Part shown: positions 10,168 to 20,759 of the stretch, in pieces
Position numbering within the stretch: the stretch's first letter is position 1
Layout of the letters: every line of letters begins with the position of its first letter
Source: Cyanidioschyzon merolae
Lineage: Eukaryota
DNA length: 64,000 nucleotides
Reading direction: 5' to 3' (one strand)
Assembly: GCA_000091205.1 (NCBI GenBank)
Contig: AP006501.2
The notes under the pieces: generated by a model
Told to the model about the DNA's origin: nothing
Database searches by the model: none
What the model saw: the letters and a program-made list of their open reading frames with translations, nothing else
Program-made: the position numbers and the translations under genes

Positions 10168-10255
10168 AGCGCGTTTGCCGCCACTACCGCATACCGCTGC
10201 GGCCAGTGTTTTTCTTTTGAGAGACGTTTGTTTTCAGGGGTGCTGTCCCTAGCAT
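10168..10255 (+). ncRNA. Conserved non-coding tail 3' of the Fanzor-like ORF; candidate omegaRNA scaffold / right-end sequence
   Basis: About 75 nt directly after the stop are conserved between copy A (gcgcgtttgccgccactaccgcataccgctgcggccagtgtttttcttttgagagacgtttgttttcagg) and copy B (43629-43695, gcgccggtcaccactactttgcactaccgaccacagcgtttttctttagaaaggcgttttttgtcgg). The similarity ends abruptly afterwards. Confidence 0.3.
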
Positions 10256-10292
10256 TCCGTTTCGGGAGCCGTTCGTAAGATAGGTACGTTCT

Positions 10293-11306
10293 ATGGACGA
10301 GGAGGTTGGTTCTGCTCGCGATGGCGACGTTACGGCACTGCTCCGTGAGAGCTATGCGCTCCTACATCAGGCGACGCTCGTGACCGCGGACGAGCGGCGG
10401 AAGTGCGCAGAGGCATTCACAGAGTGGGCATTGTCAACACATCGGTCAACGCCCGCAGGCACTGGGACACCAGCCTCAGGGGGTCACAGCCGTCTGGAAC
10501 CAACCCGCTCAGTCGAGGGGTTAGTTCCCGTGCTCAGGCGTCAAAATTCTTTACCGAGAAACGTAGGACTTGGGCGCGGCGTACGCCCACAGCAGAGCAG
10601 CAGACGTGTCCGGCTCCGAGGTCGTGGCAACGGTGACGGCTCGCCGCTTCAGGAACGCTCGGCACACGGGGCGCAACCGCCGCGAGCCTTGGAGCAAGCT
10701 TCAGAGTCTGATAGCTTCATCAGCGACACTGGGGCCCAGAGCGACCATGACACTTCCAGCTACGAGAGCGACTCGAGCGCGGTTTCCGCGGGCGTGCGCA
10801 TACCTAGAAGGAACGACCCCGGTTTCACTGCAACGCGCCCCTGCAGGGCGGAGACAGTGCACCAGCGACGTCTCCCGCACGCACCAGCATTGCGTACTAC
10901 GAGCGCTGTCGCAGCACAGCGTGGGTACAGCACACCTGACCAGCGGCAAGTGCCGTCGGATCGAGGACGAGCCTACAACGCCGCCCGCGAACTGCGTCCA
11001 GCAACGTTGCTTGAGGATTTCGCAGCCGCAGGTGACTCTCTGGGGACGACGCAAGCGGAGAATGCTCGCGCAGCAGCCGCAGCAGTGCAAGCGCCGGCAG
11101 CACTGGCGGCAAATCCCTCCATAGAATGTCTCGCACGAAGGCGCCAGTTGCCTGGACTTGACGTCGGATCAAGCGCGCTGGATGAGTCTGCGCCGCCAGC
11201 AACCAGAACAGTTTCTCTCGGTGCTGACTGGCTCCTGGCGAGTTTTACGGGCGCTAGCTCCAGCTCGTATGTGGACAAGAGCCCAAGTCGTCACTTGCCG
11301 CGATAG
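10293..11306 (+). CDS. Hypothetical protein, largely low-complexity/disordered
   Basis: ATG-initiated 337-aa ORF whose N-terminus looks plausibly protein-like (MDEEVGSARDGDVTALLRESYALLHQATLV...). No recognisable domain. A chance ORF in GC-rich DNA is possible. Confidence 0.25.
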   Translation: MDEEVGSARDGDVTALLRESYALLHQATLVTADERRKCAEAFTEWALSTHRSTPAGTGTPASGGHSRLEPTRSVEGLVPVLRRQNSLPRNVGLGRGVRPQQSSRRVRLRGRGNGDGSPLQERSAHGAQPPRALEQASESDSFISDTGAQSDHDTSSYESDSSAVSAGVRIPRRNDPGFTATRPCRAETVHQRRLPHAPALRTTSAVAAQRGYSTPDQRQVPSDRGRAYNAARELRPATLLEDFAAAGDSLGTTQAENARAAAAAVQAPAALAANPSIECLARRRQLPGLDVGSSALDESAPPATRTVSLGADWLLASFTGASSSSYVDKSPSRHLPR

Positions 11307-13164
11307 AGGTGCGCACGCCTGAGCATCGCACCGGTGCAACCTAGGCCTGGTCCGAGAACACGAGCTTACCTCTGCGTCGGAGTTGAGCGCTTGCCCACAT
11401 ACGACTGCGGTGCTCTACATGGGCATAATATGCCGCAGACAGGGACCAAAATCGTTCCAAACATCAATGTAGCTTGTTCGGTTGCTGTGGTGCCGCGCGA
11501 CAAGGCGACGTCGCTATCCGGCTCCTTCGAGGCCCTGGCAGTCTGGGCGTTTACGCAGACGCAGCATTTTCTTCGATGGATGGGAACAGATGTGAAACGC
11601 CTTTGCGATCGCGGTGTGGACTCTCGTCGAGCGCCTGTGTGATGTCGAAATCGTGCATGCTGGAGCGCATGCATTGGCTCGTGCTGCTGAACGCATAGGA
11701 GCGCCTTTGGCGTAAAACACTTTGGAAAAGGAGTCGATGACGCTTTCTTTTCTTCGAATCAGTCGTCTAGATGAGCGTGGCGGCATCGGCTGCGACCTGC
11801 AACCGGTTCAGGCTCGTGGTCGCTGCAGTGCGACCGGCTGGAATGCCAGACACCCTTCGAGCGTGCTCAGCGCTGAACTTTTCAGCGCCGGTGCTGCCAA
11901 CATCGCGTGTACCTCTGTCAGAAACGACAAATACCAACGCGCCCAAACATCTGCAAAGCTCCTATCCTGAGGCGGGACTATTACAGAGGAGTTGCTCAAT
12001 GAGGTCCGGAGAGGGCGGCTCCAGCGGTGGTAGCTGCAAGTGCGCTGCGCGCAGGCTGATCCAATGGCAACAGGTTTCGTGTCCGACAGCGTCGCTACAG
12101 TCGCGCAGGCAAACCAGGTGCTGGTCCCGACACACGTCGTACTCGCGAACGTAGACCGCCTGCCAAACCCGCAGCCGTGCCAGCCAGAGATGCAGATGCT
12201 GTCCAGTGAGCGACTGGCGCTCCAGCGGACGTACCACCTCCGGGCCCGATGCGGCCTGCCTCGAACCTGGAGGAGTAGCGACGACCGCTGATCCGTTCGA
12301 GGGCGCCAGGGGCACCGGCGCGCACCCTGCGGCGCGTCCACCAGGCGCGCAGTGCGCTGCTGCTGATGAAGCGTCCGCGTTCGACATGCGTACGCGGTTC
12401 TTGCGGCAGAAAACGCGTTTGGGTCGGCAGTGCCCCAGGGCATGCTCGGCGTGGAGCAACTCGTCACGGGATACGTGCCCCCATTTTACGAGCGCGCTAG
12501 CCCGATGGCTGCATGAGCGCGAGCAGTACCGGCCCGCGCCGAACGTGCCTGCATGCATCGTTCCGCAGACAACACATGCACGGCTACCTGGCCCAAGACG
12601 CGGAAGCCTGCGTCCACGCGCTGCTGCTGGGGCGCGTGCTGTACGCTTCCGCTGCTTTTCGCGATGTTTCCGCGGCTGCTTGCGCCGGTTCTCCATGGGT
12701 GCTGGTGCAGAGCTCTGCTGAGAGTGCGTCGGAGAGGCCCCGGCGACGAACCAGATGTCGCGTTCAACAGCATCGCACAAGCTTTCATCCTGATAAGCAT
12801 CCAACCATTGTTCCACTGGAGTCTGATCTGTAATGGGCGTTGCACGTGACATATGTGAATCCTATAGAAGACAAAACACAGGAAGAGATACGCGCGCGCG
12901 CTCGGAACCTGCATGTCGTCCGCAGGGGTGCACGCATGTTGTGCGCGTCACGGATCGTGCTGTGATGGCGCCATCTGCGTGTAGATTGCGAACGTGACAT
13001 ACGGATGATACGCTTTCAGCTCAATTGTATTCCGCATACGTGTGTGTGTGTGTCATGAAATGCTTTTTCATTGTGTACGGCAGATGCCATGAAACTGGGA
13101 TCATTTGGTGAAATAAAGTCTTAGGGAGGGGTACGGACATCAAAGTCGGGGATCCTGGAGAACC

Positions 13165-13615
13165 CGGCGTTGCCGGCTGCCAGAAAAACAAGGGAAGAAT
13201 CGTCATTTTGTCGAGTATCGAGCGAAGAAGAGCAAGTGAAGGAAAAGACGCAGAGGGGAAATATGCGAGAAAAAGTGTTTGCCCGACATGACGGTGACGA
13301 GACTCCAAAGGTACAGAGAGCGCGAATTCTAGCAATCCTTGCACTGGTTTGTTGAAATAGAAGCATGAAACGCAAGAAGTTGGTGAAGCTAGACGTCAAC
13401 GCCACAATCAATACAAGACAGTGTGCTTTGCTGAAGACGAGATCCGCGGAGCTGAGGCGGTCCAGCTTCGTGGGACATCCTCTGATACTCGAAGCGGGCC
13501 TGGAGAGAAAGTGAAGCGGATACCACGCGGCAATTCAAAAGAGGCTGAGAGGCGTCTGCGCCTCGGTATTCATTTATCCTCCATGTTCGTGATCTATTCT
13601 TTGTTTCATTGACAT
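13165..13615 (+). mobile_element. Internally deleted (MITE-like) derivative of the Fanzor-like element
   Basis: The 5' part matches copy B at 41240-41340 (gccggctgccagaaaaa...). The 3' part matches the C-terminal end of the gene and the tail: DVNATINTRQCALLKTRSAELRRSSFVGHPL corresponds to NREFNSAINIKRCAVMETRPPALTRRSFVGQPL, and ggaggcgtctgcgcctc matches. About 2 kb of internal sequence is missing. Confidence 0.55.
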
Positions 13616-15210
13616 GTCTATAGGATAGAACACGCAGACGTTCGCTGTATTTCTCCCCGTCAATATATCCGGAACTTTTCTTAGGTATTCCGCCCTGACA
13701 TTCAAAATATAGCAGCGAAGGCTCACGGGTGCATACGTAGCTTTTAGGGCTTCTAGCTCGGTCGTCATTTCGGAGCGGTACCTTCGACGCTTTGCCGATG
13801 ATCCTGATGACGTCCCGCGAACCAAGATGCTTCGCGACACTACGCAACAACGGATCCTAAAATAACCGATATCATGATGCGGTGCATACGTAGAGGCCTT
13901 CACTCGTCTCTTGTCCCTAGGCCGAGCGTCCTCAAATCACGCCTGCTGCACGTGTTCGATCTTTCCGGTTCAAGGCTACTCGACAGCGAAGCGATTCGCG
14001 ACGCTGGAACGACGATGAAACAACAGAAAACCCGATACCACCCTATGACAGTGCGTAGAGAAGCTCATGCCGAAAGTGCACGCAACGCGTCTCCTCAAGT
14101 AATCGATTTGCTTCGATAGAGGCATGTTCCGCTCTTTCTGGTTGACGTCGAAGGCGCGTTCCGCAGTCGCATCGTACCTGTCACAGGATTTGCGCCCAGA
14201 GGATGCCGTCTCTTCTGTATGTATGGGAATGAGGCTTGGAGTCGGACTCGAGTCACCACACAGAGATCACCTCCGGAATACATCCGTTCATTTACCGCTT
14301 CGCACCGGCGGAGCGTCGATGGATTGCGCACGCGCGACTTGTTCTCGAGCCCGAGTCTTCCTTCCGGAACCTATTTTATCATGGCCATGATCGCGTTCTA
14401 CAAACGCGCTTTCGAATGGAATAGCGTTCGCTTGCGTGTGCAACAGAGAAGAACCGCTCGCCGTGGGATTCCGCTGAAGATGCCCGTCATCGTTGCGTGC
14501 GTCACCGGATATGGAACCCGAGCACGACATGGAGTCGCGCGCTACGTACCCACCATGTGCACGTAACGAGCAGTGAAGCGAGCGCTCTTGTGCAACAGAG
14601 CGGCCCTTGGTGAAGCATGTGCGTCGGACACAGGAGCGCACTTGATCGCAGGCAAGGATCATGGCCGCAAAGGGTGCATCGACTCGATCGACAGAGAAGA
14701 TGAATTTGGCAGGCGACGTGTGCATGGCAACTTTCACCTGTGCATGAAATGCGTGAATAGCAGCCCATAGCTGCGAAAATGGGAATTTCATGTGGGCATC
14801 ACCATGCTTCGCCTGTTGACAATAGAGTTGAGGTAGCGGCAGCACTCGGCATGAGGAAAGATGGAGCACAGAGCGCGCAAAACGCACAAGCTGCAGAGAT
14901 AGCCGGCGGAAGCAGGTATCGATCATACTGAAAAGGTACCCAGACTTGACCGTCTGCTCTCGAGCGACTTCCCTGGATCCTTGCTTTCGTGGACTGGCAT
15001 AGGTGTGTGAAAATCGTGTCATTGCTTTGCGAGCCCGCTGGGTGCGCGCAATAGAAGTCGCACCCGCACTTGCTGCAGCGCTGAAGTTTGCAGCACAGTC
15101 GAGCTTGCAGGACGGAAACTAGACCAGAGTTGCCTCCAAGTGAGTCGCGCCCTACTGGCCGGGCTGCAACTGCTTGTCCGCCGTTCACAGCTCGCAGGTT
15201 CGCTGCGGCT

Positions 15211-16905
15211 ATGAACGCAGAGGACGGACCCAGAAGAGCGCCGTTGCCCGGGACTCCAGGTGGCGTCGCTCGAGAGCCCAGCGGGTCAGCTGCACTGTCG
15301 TTCCAACTGGCGTCGCTGCCGATGGGGTCACGAGGCGCCGGAGTAGCTCCTCCGCAGCCGCCACCACAGCAGCCCTGGGCCGTGCCCAAGCATCAGGAGA
15401 GCTTTGTGCCGTCTGGGGAGTACGTGTCGGCGGGGGTACCGTTTTGGGCGGCGATACCGCCGGAGCCCCCAATGGCGGGCTCCCTCACCTGGTGGGCTCC
15501 GGACGCATCAACCGCCACAGCGCCTCCCTTCGCGTTAAGAACTGGAGCCTACGCGAACTTGCAGGGCTATCCGGTGCCGTCAGTTGCCGTCGAACCGGCG
15601 GGGTGGTACTGGCCACCGCCACCGCCCCCGCCACCGCCACCGCCACCGCCTCTGTCTGAGGCTGGCTTTCCGGGCGGAGCGCCAGACTGGGAAGAAGAAG
15701 AACGCCGAGTCGTCGCGTTTGCTTTGCTCGGTCTGCGTGACGGCGCAGCAGTGAGCACGGAGCTAGCATGGACGGCTGCTGCACTTTTGCCTCGCAGCGC
15801 CTACTCGTCGACCAGGATGCAGCACCGCCAGAGTCGCCGGCGCCTTCGCGAAGCGCAGCGCCTTTATCGCGGCGATGCCCCGCTTTTTGGTGTACCTTAT
15901 GGCCTACCTGGTGTCTTCTGGCATGCATCAGCTCCAGACGCGTCCGACACGGCTGCGGATGACCACGGCATCGACGACGCGGATGGCAACGCAGCAGCTA
16001 CGGAAACACGCAAATGCCCCGCACCCGCCGAAACTGCACAGCTCAAAATACTCTGGCGGGAGGAGGCCAATCGACGAACGATGCCAGGCCGTGGCTTTCT
16101 CACGGTATTTCGGATCCTCGGCGGACAGGGAGAGTTTCTGCGGCTCTTTGAAGATATCCCCGATTGGGCCGTAACCGACGAGGCGCCTGGATCACGAGAT
16201 GTGAGCGAACCTCCCGAACCCGACGAACGCGATACGTACCCGGTACCCGAGGCGGGTGTGCCGCCACCGCCAGTGCCCAAGTCTGGCGCTGGCGGGCGGC
16301 GTCGGGTGCCAAACCCGGCACCCTCGGGAACAGCGCCAGCGGCCGTCCGCGGCCGTGGCGGCAACCTAGAGCGACTCCTGGGGCCTGGCACCGATGTTGC
16401 TTTCCGAGTCAAAGACGAAGAAGGCGAGTGGAACTGGATCCTAGGCACTGTTTGCAGTTATCTGCCAGAGGAACGGAAGTACCGCATTGCGGACCGAGGC
16501 GAAGAGATGGTCGAGGCATTCGAGCAGCGCGGTGAGGAGCTGAGCCAGCCAAAGCACCGCCTGGACAGCGGCAAGTATCGGCTTTATCAGGTTGCCCGTT
16601 CTCGCGTTCGTCCGCTACCATCTGCGGCAGCCGCCAATCTCCGCCTTCGCCCATCGATGAAAGTGCTGGCCCTGTATCCAGGGACAAGTGCGCTCTATCC
16701 AGCAACGGTCGTGGAGTCAGCAGAAACGGTTATGCAGGAAACAGATGCTCCCCACGGCATGGCATACAAGCTTATTTTCGAAAATGAGGACGAAGAAGAG
16801 GGATCTGAGAGCGAGCATTCTGGCGAAGAGCTGGGATCTAGGGATCTCATGGAGGCTGTTCCCTACAAGTACGTGCATGCGCGTTTTGTTCTACCACTGC
16901 TTTGA
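15211..16905 (+). CDS. SGF29-like protein (C-terminal tandem tudor domain); proline-rich N-terminal region
   Basis: The C-terminus WNWILGTVCSYLPEERKYRIADRGEE...RLYQVARSRVRPLPS...MKVLALYPGTSALYPATVVESAETV...YKLIFENED fits the SGF29 tandem-tudor pattern. The first ATG is at 15211. Confidence 0.45.
   Translation: MNAEDGPRRAPLPGTPGGVAREPSGSAALSFQLASLPMGSRGAGVAPPQPPPQQPWAVPKHQESFVPSGEYVSAGVPFWAAIPPEPPMAGSLTWWAPDASTATAPPFALRTGAYANLQGYPVPSVAVEPAGWYWPPPPPPPPPPPPPLSEAGFPGGAPDWEEEERRVVAFALLGLRDGAAVSTELAWTAAALLPRSAYSSTRMQHRQSRRRLREAQRLYRGDAPLFGVPYGLPGVFWHASAPDASDTAADDHGIDDADGNAAATETRKCPAPAETAQLKILWREEANRRTMPGRGFLTVFRILGGQGEFLRLFEDIPDWAVTDEAPGSRDVSEPPEPDERDTYPVPEAGVPPPPVPKSGAGGRRRVPNPAPSGTAPAAVRGRGGNLERLLGPGTDVAFRVKDEEGEWNWILGTVCSYLPEERKYRIADRGEEMVEAFEQRGEELSQPKHRLDSGKYRLYQVARSRVRPLPSAAAANLRLRPSMKVLALYPGTSALYPATVVESAETVMQETDAPHGMAYKLIFENEDEEEGSESEHSGEELGSRDLMEAVPYKYVHARFVLPLL
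15613..15650. repeat. (CCACCG)n microsatellite inside the SGF29-like CDS (encodes poly-Pro)
   Basis: ccaccgccaccgcccccgccaccgccaccgccaccgcc. Confidence 0.8.
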
Positions 16906-17494
16906 TCTGCCTTGCTTTTCCCGCTCATGGACTGGGCATCTAAACGCCGTACGAGCCTGCCAGATTTTGTTGTTGTTGTTTTTGGTTCTGGGTACGGGCT
17001 CCACCGCTGTATACAAGACAAACTCGATCACGTGCATCAGGGGCATGCATGCAGTGCCCCGAACTGCGTCCATTCCCTAATCGGGTAAAATTACTATTTT
17101 TGGCGAGAGAACGTTTTCAGTAGAAGCGAAGATGATTTCCGACCGAGGAAGCACGCGGAACTGCGACGCTTTCCGCCGGACTACTGAGCGGCGCGCAAAG
17201 CAGCTGGCGACGCCCGCTTGGCGCCTTTGGGACGCACGAAGCAATGCGTGTAGACGCGAGTGCATGCACGGATGTATGTACGAACGAATCTATGCATATC
17301 TGCTCTTTTCGGACAGACAAATGCATGGATGCATGATCAATGCTTCTCTGCACGGATCTATGTACGAACGAATTTATATGTTTTTCGTCTTTCGGGACAT
17401 CGGAATACAATTACGTTCGAATATACGCACGAACGCATGCATTTCTGTATGTATCTATGCACGAATGTATCTATGCCGCGGACGCCATCAACGG

Positions 17495-18400
17495 TCACGC
17501 TCCGGTGTCGATATCCAGCCAGTCGCCGTACTTGTCACGCATAGCCGTCCAGGCGGCAATAGCCGATGCTCGAAGGCGCTGTCTATCCACGTCGACTGCA
17601 ACCGAGGATGCATCGGGACCGTCCACAATCATATTGAGGATGATGTTATCATCGGCATCTAGCCACCGGATGCTGAAAACTGTGGCGTCTTCGGCACCTC
17701 CATTGGGGTCAGCGGTCTCGCCAGCGCCGCGGGCGTGATGTGCGCGCTCCGTCGTTCCTCTGGGTCGTGTTTCTCGAACAAACTGCACCGACTTAACCCG
17801 AGAACTGTCTAGGTGTAGCTCGAAGTTTCGGTCTGGAGTGAGCACGCTCACCACTTGACTTGTCGTGGGATCGCCGCCAGCGTCTCGGTTGATAACCGTT
17901 TCGAACGTACGCACGTGGGCGCCCTCCGCCAAGAGTGGAAATGTGGTCTCCAGGACAGCTGCCCCGGTTTTGCCTGTTGCTGATACGATACGCACCTGGT
18001 CGAAAGAGAGCACTATCTCGGTGACGAGGTCTGTGATGGCCACTCGTTGACGGCGCGTCCCGACCTGAGCGACAACGTTGCAATATCGTGTGTTGGGTGT
18101 ACGCGCACGCCGCCTACAACGAGCAGCTCTGAACCCTGTATTCGTGCTGTATAGTGTTTGAGGAGCAAACGAAACGAACAGCATCAGGTTCGACGAACCC
18201 GGTCTGAGCACGGAGCCCCAAGCCTCGCAGCAAGCGTGTCGACACCTGCGAGATACGCGGAAGCATTCTGACGAACGCAATCGAAGCGTCGCCCTGTCGG
18301 TCCATCGAGGCGCCGTGGAGCGCGACGTTCGTGTACGGGGCGCGCCTGCGATCCCGCCGTCTGGGCGTTCTCGTGTCGAGACGGGATGCACGCGATGCAT
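17495..18400 (-). CDS. Hypothetical protein (301-aa ATG-initiated ORF)
   Basis: The C-terminal 180 aa look protein-like (FETVINRDAGGDPTTSQVVSVLTPDRNFELHLDSSRVKSVQFVRE...NMIVDGPDASSVAVDVD). The N-terminal part is Arg-rich and may not be coding. Confidence 0.25.
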   Translation of the reverse strand: MHRVHPVSTRERPDGGIAGAPRTRTSRSTAPRWTDRATLRLRSSECFRVSRRCRHACCEAWGSVLRPGSSNLMLFVSFAPQTLYSTNTGFRAARCRRRARTPNTRYCNVVAQVGTRRQRVAITDLVTEIVLSFDQVRIVSATGKTGAAVLETTFPLLAEGAHVRTFETVINRDAGGDPTTSQVVSVLTPDRNFELHLDSSRVKSVQFVRETRPRGTTERAHHARGAGETADPNGGAEDATVFSIRWLDADDNIILNMIVDGPDASSVAVDVDRQRLRASAIAAWTAMRDKYGDWLDIDTGA

Positions 18401-19214
18401 CGATGCATATTACTACGGGTGCTCGATACGTGATGGTTTTACGGGGACTATTGACGGCTCTTCTCTTGACATGCCTCAATTCCGTAAAGCACAGACGAAA
18501 CGTATTGGCGGGAATGGGGATCTGCATACTGAGCAATGCCGTGTGTGTGTATGCGTGTTTGTGTATGCAGAGCCTCCCGTGAGCGCCGTCCATGGCGGCT
18601 GGATGCGCCGCGTTCATCGACGCGGTTCCTGCGTCATCGCCAGTGGATGTGCAGTAGAGCGGAAAAACACCCCCAATGGAGCTGTGTTGCTTCGTGTGGT
18701 TAGCGGTAGCAATCGTGTGGGTGGCGAGTGGCGAGTGGCGGATCGTCATCCAAAGGAACTCGTTGCTTGTATGAAATGGAATGGATAGCATCAGTGACTC
18801 AGCCCGAGCCAAACCGGCCGAGTCGCGCTCTGGATAACAGAGACGTCATGTTGACGGAGGCGGCGGTGGCGGCGTATCTGACGTGCTTTCGTCATCGCCA
18901 TAATGGAAGGCAACGGATAAAGACGCGCACCATGGGGCGCTGGCACCGCTGAGGTGCAGCTTTACAGGCCGCGGCGCCACGCATACGCATGCACGGCTGT
19001 AGATGCGCAGTAGATGCTGCATATTGTGGTGCGTTGCTCCATTCATGGGATCGTTTCTGGCGGAACGGTCGCTTGGTAGTGGACCCCATCGCATGCACTG
19101 GATGCGACGGATGCCGGTCCATGGGCGTGCCATTGCCCCAGCGGGAGCTTGGCGGATGTAGCGGGTGCTGAAGTGAAACAGCGCCGTTTTCTGGCTTGTA
19201 GCGTGTTCCCGCTT

Positions 19215-19236
19215 CACACACACACACACACACACA
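19215..19236. repeat. (CA)n microsatellite
   Basis: cacacacacacacacacacaca. Confidence 0.8.
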
Positions 19237-20759
19237 CGAACAGAACACTGTACGCAATTGGGTGGATACAGCTCCTGGACACCGGCGAAGAACCTGACGA
19301 GAAACGTGCACAACGATTTGGATGCGGGGCAGCGCATTTGCAGCTCGCTGCATCTGTGCGAGCGCTGCAGTGCGCTTGGATTCGAGAAGCGGTGCGGCGC
19401 TCTGCGATATCAGGTACGGTACACCGGGGTCTTGGTGTCTCCCAGCGTCAAGTGAATGGTGAAAGATTCATATCCCGAGTGTCGCACGTACCTGCGTTGA
19501 GACAGGATCGCTCAGCAGCAGTGGGAGCACCGAGCATCGACATCGTGCAAGTTGTCTTCGGCGCCCGTGTTGCCAGATACAAGTGTACTCTGACGTGTGC
19601 TCCGCATGGACCATGCACAAATGTTTGGAGTGGTATAGCGTACATGGAGTCAAGGGAACGACGCTGCCCGCATTCATATGGAAAGCGTGTTTTAGAGGAG
19701 TGCAGCTGAAAAGGCACCGAGGCATACGCAGTTCTGTGTGTTGCTTACTGGGATGCGTCGCAGGGCTCCGTACCGCATGGCGTATTCTTGGAGATATTCG
19801 GACAAGTATATTTTTTCTCAGCATGTCATGCAGAGATCGTGACGTCACAACATACGCTGAGATATTCTCTATATCAGCATTTGCACAGTAGATAGGTTAA
19901 GAGAGATCTGCGTGATGAAAAGCAGCTCTACGTATTCTTGTCGTCAGCATTTGCGCAGTAGGGTATTCTAGGTGTATAAAAAAAGAACAGAAAATAACCT
20001 CTAACTGGCAATGCGACAACAGTGTCGCTCGACCTCTGTGGTAAGCGTTGAAAGAGGGAAAGGTTTCTATATCTTCGAAAGTTTACCCTCCAGGCAGAAT
20101 GTCCCGCGAGTCGGACGAGTCTGCCAGACCAGTGCTTCATGCTCTCCCTCAGTTGCGGGCGCTGTTGTGAGATCTACGCAGCTTGTCCGCAGCGCAGTTT
20201 ATTCTGGGACTTGGAGCGGGTAGCGTGCTTTTAGGCTTCGCCCTGGTCGCAGTGGACTCCTAGTGGATCGCTTCGCGCTGCCGCAGGCAGGGCGTCTATC
20301 TGCGAAGCTTGCAGGCTCCCAAAATGATTCTGTACTCAGACACCGTGTCGCGCAAACTACGCCTCGGGCCGATGTCGTCAGTGGTACGGGAAAGCCGTTC
20401 TCTCTCGGTGAAGCATCCGCAACAGCGGTTTGTGCAGCGATCGCGGACGATCACAGCAGGCACTCGGCACACAAGAGAACATACGAAACGACCAGTATAT
20501 CCGAGAATAACTATAAGTAATGGAAGTCCGAGGTAGGTGCAGCTTCATAGAAACTTTCCCGAAAGCCAGTATCCATCGATCCTGCAATCTGGGGTCTACG
20601 GTCAATGGATACCATGTTGTTGATTGAGAAAAACGGCGACCTCCTGGTCGCCACCAATACATTCAGAGCGTTCTCGTGGACTACACTTTACAGTGGACTC
20701 AGCGTTTCTATAAACACCAGGCTTGATCCGATTTGGTTCCACATTTGCATGGGTCTCTC

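Larger units (their letters stand above)
7712..10255 (+). mobile_element. Fanzor-like (eukaryotic TnpB/OMEGA-family) element, copy A; 5' module plus 5'-truncated nuclease gene plus conserved 3' tail
   Basis: The boundaries are set by nucleotide homology to copy B: 7712 corresponds to 40383 (caagttccatt...) and about 10255 to about 43695. Relative to copy B, about 630 bp of N-terminal coding sequence is missing. Confidence 0.6.

Noticed and set aside
11962-12852. 296-aa minus-strand ORF with a Cys-rich stretch (CVVCGTMHAGTFGAGRYCSRSCSH)
   Set aside because: The rest of the ORF is Arg/Ala-rich low-complexity overlapped by other open frames. It could be real but is not supportable, so it is left uncalled.
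20733-20759. ORF-track start positions taken at face value
   Set aside because: The track uses alternative initiators (TTG/GTG/CTG). For a nuclear eukaryotic genome, starts were moved to the first in-frame ATG where obvious (20760, 25480, 28746, 39965, 47955, 56709, 60787, among others). True starts remain uncertain.
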